A stretch of 64,000 bases of DNA, from assembly GCA_013239625.1 (NCBI GenBank), contig MU053334.1:755190-819189 (forward strand), given 5' to 3'. A program made the position numbers and the translations under genes. The notes under the pieces are model-generated. The model did no database searches. It saw only the letters and a program-made list of their open reading frames with translations, and was not told the DNA's origin. Positions 56,230 through 64,000 of this stretch are shown piece after piece; within the stretch, counting starts at the first letter, position 1; each line of letters begins with the position of its first letter. The DNA is from Lama guanicoe. Lineage: Eukaryota.

Positions 56230-59200
56230 ACGTGGGAAAAACCCTTATATTTTGTTGAATGAATTGCCTGAACTCCCCCCGCCCCGCCCACCTCACAGCA
56301 CTTTTCCCCACTGGTTTTTGGCCACACGTCCTTCCGTCACTTCTTCATATGACAGCAATTTTATAACTTCGTTTTCTAAAGAGGGACTAGGAAAACATAC
56401 TAGTTTCTCAACTCTATCGTGGCTGCGTAAGATTTGTTTTTTTTTACTGTCGATTTTGAAAATTTCTTTTAGTCTCATGGTATTGTCATACAGGTTTTTA
56501 GGTTTGCTGTCAAATCTGGGAAAATACTAATTCAAACTTCAGGACAGCGGCATTCTGTGTGCTGGTTAGTCTTACATTCTCTTCTGCTTAACTACACTCG
56601 TCGATCTGTTCACGATGACGTCCTCGTTAGAGTGGGCTGTTATGGGTTTTATAACACCTTTGGCTGCATCAATATTTTTACGTCCAATTAGCAGGAAACT
56701 TAAATCTTTCCCAAAATATTTAAATGATTCACTGTTATACATCAATCAGATTTTCAAATAATCTATGAGCCTTTATTACTTCTGCTTGAATGTCTCTCTT
56801 TATGAATTCTGCTGTTGGTGTGATATGAAAATTTTGCTACATTTGGGTCTCCTGTCGAAATGATTTATAGCTTGTTTTTATCATGTTTATTTCACATTTT
56901 ATTACTTTTGGTGAGAAGTACCTCTCAGTTCTTTCATAAATAAACGTAAAGATGACAAAGGAATGCTTGCTTTATATACGTTCAACCCAGCGTCCCGTAC
57001 TTCCTCCCTTTTTAACTGGAAAGTTCAAAAGGTATTTCCGAACTGCAGTTCAGAAGGCACATTGGTACTGGAACAACTTTTTTTTCTTGAACAACTTTTG
57101 TATACTGTTTGTGTTCAGCTTTCTCTTCTGAATTTTTGAAGACACGTTTCAGAGTTTTTAGAGTATTGAACCCATGTTGTAAGCCTTGAACAGCCTTATG
57201 CTGGGCAGACCACCGTTACCTCTAGATTCTTTAGAGAAAAATGCCAGTTGACACGTGGCTTCTTAAGGATGGACCTGGAGCAAGTTAGGAAGGAGCTGCC
57301 TTCAGTGGCCTGGGGGCAGCCTTGTTCTGCTGTGACCGAGGCCAGGAGGTGGCTGGGCACGGCGCTCTGCGTGGACACCCTTACCTACGTGGTGTTCTGT
57401 GATCGTGAATGCCCTCCAAGGAAGGGCTGGTTACAGTCATCTGCAAGTTTTTTCACTTTTTGAATAAAGCTGTGGGTGGATGGTGCTGAGTTGGTGGAGA
57501 TGTTCAGTGCAGCCGATAAGGTCTTCTGTTTCCGCTGCAACGCGCAAGTCTTGCGGGCGAATCAGGGACCACCGTTTGCGAAGGAGGACGTTTGGCAGTG
57601 GGGATGTATTTCGTATCTGGCTTATTTTATTTCATGTATCGGTTTATTTTGTACACGTCCTTATTTAATTGGGTTGACTTTTCATCAACTGTTTTGGATA
57701 AATGAGGCACACGTGCTTTTACATTTTGACATCTTTTTAAGGGCTCTGCGAAATGGATCCAGCCCAGGATTTGGTTAATTTTGATCAACGTTCCAAAATG
57801 TCTTTAAGAAAAAAAATATACGCTCTCTTGGTGTTGGGAACCGTGCTCTGTATACGTTCAGGAGGCTAAGCTGCTGTTGGATGATTTGAATTTTCGGTCA
57901 TTGTGCTGACGTTTTATATTTTCAGTCTCATAATTACTGAGAGAAGCTTGTTAAAAACCTGCAGTGCTTGTAACCGCGGGGTCATCACTTTCTCCGTGTA
58001 ACCCTCCCATTTTTGTCTTCGATATTTTTGTGTGCTTTATATATTTGAATGCATGCAGTTTCAGGAACGAACGTCTTACCTTCCTTGTGAATTTGCCCTT
58101 TGATCATGAATTGAGAGGCGTTTATCACCGTCTCCTTTTCCATTCTTCCCACCCCCACCTCCCTCTTCTGTAACTTTGCCTTGAAAGCCTGCTTTGATGT
58201 TAAAACATAACTATATGCATTTTCCTTGGTTAATATGTTCCTATTTCTTTATTCTCAGCATTTCCATGGCATTTTGTTTTACAACTATTCTCTTAACAGA
58301 TTAAAGAAAACGAACCTGCAGATTTGTCTTTGAAGTGATGACTTCACTTCCTTTTGGGGGGAGGGGAGTGTTGATACATTTTTCTTTCTTTCTTTGCGGG
58401 GGAGGGATGTTTTCCAGTCACCGTACTTTTTCTTTGCTTCCTTGTTGTATTAATCTAGCTTTTCATTTTTTATGTTCACCCCAGCTGGAGCCTCCAGGCT
58501 CTGTGAAGGTGTGTAATTTATTTCTCCTGCTTTGGTGGGAGGTCTTAGCTGCGTGCCCGGAGACCTGCTGTGGGTGACTTGTGGGCGTGGCGTGGAGAGC
58601 TCACCGGCCGCTCCCTGCAGGCTCGCCCCGAAGGCGAAGGCGGGAGCCTGAGCAGGGGAGGGGCGGCTACGAGCGCGCAGCCCGGGGAGGAGGCGCCGTC
58701 CGCGCGGCTCCCGCCAGCGCTGCTGGCCCCTCGCTGGGCGCTGGTCCCCACACCGGGCGCTGGTCCCGCGCCGCACCGGGCGCGGCCCCGGCCCCGGGCC
58801 CCGCTGCGCCGCCGGGACCTGGGAGGGCTGCGCCCCCGAAGCAGACCCGTGGGGGCCCTGCTCCCCGCACCATTAGTCTCTGATGCGGTGCCCGGGGCCG
58901 GCTAGGTGGGCAAGCCTCGGCCTATGTCCCCCTGAGAGGACGGTCAGGAGGGAGGCTATCGGCCCTCTGACTTCCGTCCTGAGAGACAGGGCCGTCCTCT
59001 CCCGGAAGCGTCCCTGAGGAACCCCCCAGACACAGGAGGCGGCGCCGGAGCCCGTCGGCCCGCCGCCACGACGCCCTCCGCCACCGCCTTCAACACGGAG
59101 CGAGCGCGGGGCTGGGTCCGAGCCCGGGGCCCCCGGGCAGGCCTGTGAGCCGAGTGGCCAGAGGGTCCCGGCTCCCGCGACCGACCCCCGGGGCCACGCG

Positions 59201-60100
59201 AGCCGCCTCGCCGGGGTGCTGGCTCGGGCGCTCTCCGCGCGCGTCCTGCTCTGCGCCGTCCGCAGGCCACGTGGCTTGCGCGCGCGCGCGCCCCCGGACT
59301 GGGCTTTCCCGCCTCCCCAAGGGCCTGCGGGGCCCGGGGGGCCGGCCACGGGGCGGCGGCGGCGGGCTCTCTCGTCTGAGCGGAGCGGAGCGGCGTTTCC
59401 ACTTCGCGCCTAGCTGGTGCAGACGGCCTTGCTGGGCGTAGAACCCCAGACCGACAGCGGTCCGCTTCCTCCTGGTGCTCGATGTCCCCCGCGTCTCCCG
59501 CCCCCTCCTTTCCAGTTGAGAAGTCTGTTGCCAATGGAAGCATTAGTTAGTCTTTCTGCTCTGGTAGTTCCAGAGGTTTGCTATTTGCCGTCGTGTTCTG
59601 AAGTTTTACTGTGATGTGGCCAGGTTTGGATTTATGTAAATTTTGTTTATCATGTTTTGGCCTTGAGATTATTCAGTGTGAAATCCATCCTTTTATCCAT
59701 TCTGGATAACTGTTGTTTCCAAATGTCGGATTTTATCCGTAATCTCTGTTCTCTCCCTCCGCAGCTTGTGTAAGAAGTATGTTGAAACTTTTCATTGTAT
59801 TCTTCATGTGTCTTAAGGTTGTTTTCATATTTAAACATTTTTCTATGCTGCATTCCAATCAATTTTCTTTAACATTTGCCCTCTGTTCAGCATCTCTCTC
59901 TGAAGCTGTATCTACTCTTCTGTTTACTGGTCCTTTGGAGTTTTAATTTTAGTGACATTGTGTTTATATTGATAATTCTCTATGAACATTCTTACAAAAT
60001 TTTCTGTTTGTTCTTTAAATATTTAAACCTTTGATAGATCCCAAGTTTTCCTCTTTAAAAGTCATGTGTGATAGCTCTCCTTGTGCATAAGTCTTTGTGT
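56230..60100 (-). mobile_element. Ancient LINE-1 remnant(s) enclosing a CpG island at ~58540-59510
   Basis: L1 antisense motifs on both sides (aattactgagagaagcttgttaaaa; gttgagaagtctgttgcca; tccattctggataactg). Confidence 0.6.
58540..59510. other. Orphan CpG island within old L1-derived DNA
   Basis: ~1 kb CpG-dense block flanked by AT-rich L1 sequence. Confidence 0.8.
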
Positions 60101-60234
60101 TCATTTGCAGTTTTTCCCTTAGAATATATTTCTCGAAGGCTCATTGCCAGGCAAGTGGGTGCGCACATCTAAAGTGCTGATAAATGTGTGTCTCAAGCTG
60201 GTTAGTTTTGGTGAGTCGTAACCACCCATATAGT

Positions 60235-60700
60235 GCATGGGTTCAAGTCCTACCGCTGCAGCACAAGTCACCACAAACACGGTGTCTCAGCACAGCCCCT
60301 GGAGGCCAGAGCATCGCCAGGCGGCGGCCAAGGAACACAGGGCCGTGTTCCCGCTGGAGGCTGGAAGGAAGGCTCTGCTCCTTTGCCTCCTCTGATTTCA
60401 GGAGTCCACCTGCTTCCCTAGGCTCCTGGCTCTCTTCTGTCTTCCAACTGCAGCACCCTGACCTCTGCTTTTGTGGTCACATCTCCCTTTCTGACTCTCA
60501 AAGGACCTTGGTATAAAGCTTCTGTCTTTTAAGACCCTGATGGTTACACTGGGCATACCAGAATAATCCAGGACAGCCTCGCATCTCAGCCCTCAGCTTA
60601 AGCACACCTGCAAAGCGACCCTTGCCACATGTGGTAACATATTCACAGGTTCCCCAGGTCAGAACATGCATGTCCTCGAGGGGCCGTTATTCTGCTGCCA
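60235..60700 (-). mobile_element. MaLR LTR (MLT1-type)
   Basis: ttttaagaccctgatggttacactgggc..ataatccaggaca..cacctgcaaag..ttgccacatgtggtaacatattcacaggttcc. Confidence 0.75.
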
Positions 60701-61309
60701 CGGTAAATTTGAAAGATAACCCGGTGAGAGGTAAATGTGTTTCTCCCACCCACGCCCCACTGCCTACTTGCCTTCCTCAGAGCCAGCGTAAAGGGTTGCA
60801 CCTTCTACACATGATCTGCACCTTGATTTTTTTCACTTAACACATTCTAGGCGCCAGGCTAAACCATTACACCCAGGGCTGCTTCATTTTTGGGCATCAC
60901 TGCTGATTACTTCATTTTTGACTGTGTTATATATTTCACGTAGCTTATTGTTACAGGATGTTCAAGTCATTATGGCTCCTTTGGAAGCTTGGACGAATAA
61001 TGAAATAATAATCCCTGTGTTGACTTCCTAGAACTGGGGTTTCCGGGGCAAACGATATGGACACTTAAAATTCTTGATAAATGCTGTCAAATTTCCATCA
61101 TTAGAAACCGATTAATATTCCCCAAAAGGTGTGAACATGCCCATCTTTGACAATTCATTGTATTGTCAAACTTTCTGAGTAAGTTTGTCTGATAGCTGAG
61201 AAATTACGTATCTTAGGGTTCTAATGTGCATTTTTGTGTCATTTAAGACCCATTTGTATTTCTTCCCATAATCAGACTGTCCATGTTCTTTGCTCATTTT
61301 CAATATTGA

Positions 61310-63760
61310 ATTTTAAAAAATTTTTTGGTAAGAAATACATACCATAAAATTTAAAATCTTAGCCATTTTAAAACGTACAGTCCAGCAGTGTTAGGCATAT
61401 TTACATGGTTGGGAAACAGGTCTCCAGAACCTTTCCATCTTGCAGAACTGAGACTCTATACCCATCAAAGCCAGCTGCCCTCCCCCTCCCCCTCTTCCCA
61501 GCCCCTACAGCCACCACTGTACTTTCTACATCCATGAATTTGGCTACTTTGGAGACCTCATATAATTGGAATTACATACTATTTGTTTTTTTGTGACCGA
61601 CTTTTTTCATTAGTCTAAAATCCTCAAGGTTCATCCATGCTGTAGCCTACGGCGGGACATTCCCCTTTTGCGTCTCCATTCACCCACCTGTGGACACTGT
61701 GTTGCTTCCACTTCTTGGATGCTGTGAATAGTGCTGTTATGAACATGGGTGTGCAGACATTTCTTTGAGACTGTCCTTTTGATTCTTTTGGATGTATACC
61801 CAGAAGGGGAGTTGCTGGATCGTATAGTGGTTCTATTTTTAATTGTTTTGAGGTGCTGCCGTACAGTTTTCCACAGTGGCTGCGTCATTTTATAATCTCG
61901 CAAAGTGTGCACGAGGATTCTGACTTCTCTGCATCCCTGCCAACACCTGCTGTTTTCTGTTTCTTTAATGGCATGCATCTTCCTGGGGATGAGGCAATAT
62001 TTGTCAGACACACAACTTGCAAATGCTTTCTCCCATTCTGCAGCTGCCTTTTCACTCTGTTGCTTGCTCCCGTTGCCGTGCAGAAGCTTTTCGCTTTGAC
62101 GCGATATCGCTTGTCTGGTTTTGCTCCTGCTGCCTGTGTTTTTGGTGTCTTATGCATGAAACAATTGTCAAAACCAATATCATAAAGATTCCCCCTATGT
62201 TTTCTTCTAGGAGTTGTGTAGTTTTGGGGTTATGTTTAGGTCTTGAATCCATTCTGAGCTGAATTTTGTATATGGCACAAGGTAAGGGTGCAGTTTTGCT
62301 CTTTTGAATGTGGAGATCCAGCTTTCCTAATGCCATGTGTTGCCTAGATCGTCCTGTTCCCGAGGGGTTCTCTTAGTGCCCTGGTCGAAGGGCATTCGAT
62401 CCTGTATGTGAGGGTTTACTTCTGGACTCTCTGTTCTTCCCATCTCTGTCTCTATGCCAGTGTCACACTGTTTTGATTACTGTAGCTTTGTAACCTGTTT
62501 TTGGAATCAGGAAATGTGAGTCCTCCAATTTTGTTCTTTTCCCCAAGCTGTTTGGCTGTTTACTGACAGTTTATTGAGGGTTTTTGCAGCAATGTCCGTT
62601 GAAAGTATTGGTCTTTAGCTTTCCTTTCTTGTTGTGTCTTTGGTTTTGGTGTCAAGATAATGCTGGTCTCAGAATGAATTTGGAAGTGCTCCCTCCTCTT
62701 CAGTTCTTTGGGAAAGTCTGAGAAGGAGTGGTGCTAATTCTTCCTCAAGTGTTTGATAGAATTCTGGTTCACTCTCTGGTCCTGGGCTTTGTCAGGAGGC
62801 TTTGAGTTCCTGATTTAATCTCGTTGCTAGCTATCGTTCTGTTTAGAGCTTCCTTTTCTGCACAGTTCGGTCTTCGGAGATCGTGTATTTCCAGGAACTT
62901 ACCCCTTCCTCTAGGTTATCCAACTTGCTGGCACACGATTGCTCACAGTATTCTGTTATAATCTTTCTTTAGTTTCTGTGGCATCATTTGTAATATTCCC
63001 TTTCACTTCTGATTTAGTTACTTGAGTCTTCTTTCTGTTTCCTTAGTTAATCTAGCTACGGGCTTGTCCGTTTTTCTACTGGCTTTCTATTCTGCAGTTC
63101 ATTAATTTGTGCTCTAATATTTATTATTTCCTTCCTTCTGCTGGCTTTTGATTTCGCTCTCCTTCTTTCTGTAGTTCCTGTAGAGCTAGTTTGTTAATTT
63201 GAGACCTTTTTTCTTTTGTAATGTACGAGTTTATAGCGAAACTCTCACCCGCACGGCCGTCTCTTCTTTTGCTATGTTTTAGTGTGTTGTGTGTTCATTT
63301 TCATTAGTCTCTTGGTATTTTCCAATTCCTCTTATGACTTCTTTACTCATTGGTTATTTGAGAGTGTGTTGTTTAATTTTCACAGACGTACAGATTTTCC
63401 AGTCTTCCTTCTGTTATGGATTTTAAACTTCACCCTGTTGTGGTTGGAGGAGATACTTCATATGGTATCTGGTGTTTTACACCTGTTGAGCCTGTTCTGT
63501 GGCCTGACATGTGGTCTGTTCTGCAAAGGGTTCCATGTGCACGTGAGAAGAATTCGTACTCGGTCTTCTTTGAGTAGAGTGTTCTGTGCACGCCTGTGAG
63601 GTCCGGTTTTTAAGCCGTGTGGCGCCTCTGCCTCCTTTCGCTCCTCCGTCTTGCTGCCTGCCGTTGTTGAGAGCGAGGCACCGCAGCCTCCTGCTCGTGT
63701 TGTGCTGCGGCTTCTCCTTTCAGTTCTGCCAAAGTTCGCTTCATGTATTTAGGCCGATGT
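61310..63760 (-). mobile_element. LINE-1 (L1M) 3' UTR + ORF2 remnant
   Basis: catacataccataaaattt..tagccattttaaa; ggatgtatacccagaagg..gttgctggatcgtatag; minus-strand peptide QLLEENIG. Confidence 0.8.
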
Positions 63761-63784
63761 TTCAAACTCTGTCTGTGTTACTAA

Positions 63785-64000
63785 TTTTAGTTGAAATATA
63801 GTTGATGTACAACATTATCTTAGTTTCAGGTGTACTTCCTACGTTTGCACACATCATGAAGTGGCCCCCACGGTAAGTCCAGGAACCACCTGTCCCCATA
63901 CAGAAGCTATTACAGTGCTGTTGCCCTGTTCCTCGTGCTGTGCCTCACACCCCCGCGGCGTATTTATGTAACAGCTGGAGGTTTGTACCTACTAACCCCT
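63785..64000 (-). mobile_element. LINE-1 3' end running off the window
   Basis: ttgaaatatagttgatgtacaacattat..agtttcaggtgtac. Confidence 0.7.

Overview
Mammalian genomic DNA, most likely camelid (inferred from several copies of a tRNA-derived SINE resembling camelid Vic-1). The order DUSP8 then KRTAP5 matches human 11p15.5 synteny. It holds the complete 7-exon DUSP8 MAP-kinase phosphatase gene on the minus strand (~12.5-29.5 kb), two intact single-exon KRTAP5 genes (40945-41310, 47456-48046, minus) and one decayed KRTAP5 pseudogene (~54.3 kb). The rest is largely L1, MaLR, ERVL, SINE, MIR and L2 relics. Most notable: (1) DUSP8's last exon has an apparent ~100-nt frameshifting deletion at ~15235 that puts the conserved C-terminus out of frame (real allele or assembly artefact). 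(2) Several gene-less CpG islands and GC peaks appear to be old transposon sequence rewritten by directional A/T->G/C substitution, the signature expected of GC-biased gene conversion hotspots. (3) The DUSP8 promoter has a mirror-symmetric CRE/E-box inverted repeat. (4) There are MEF2+CRE enhancer clusters downstream, a duplicated poly(A) signal, uORFs and a miR-21 site. (5) The two KRTAP5 paralogues look homogenised over promoter+CDS only. Most short ORFs in the supplied track are GC-rich noise. Repeat family names and consensus comparisons are by eye and from recall, not from a database search.
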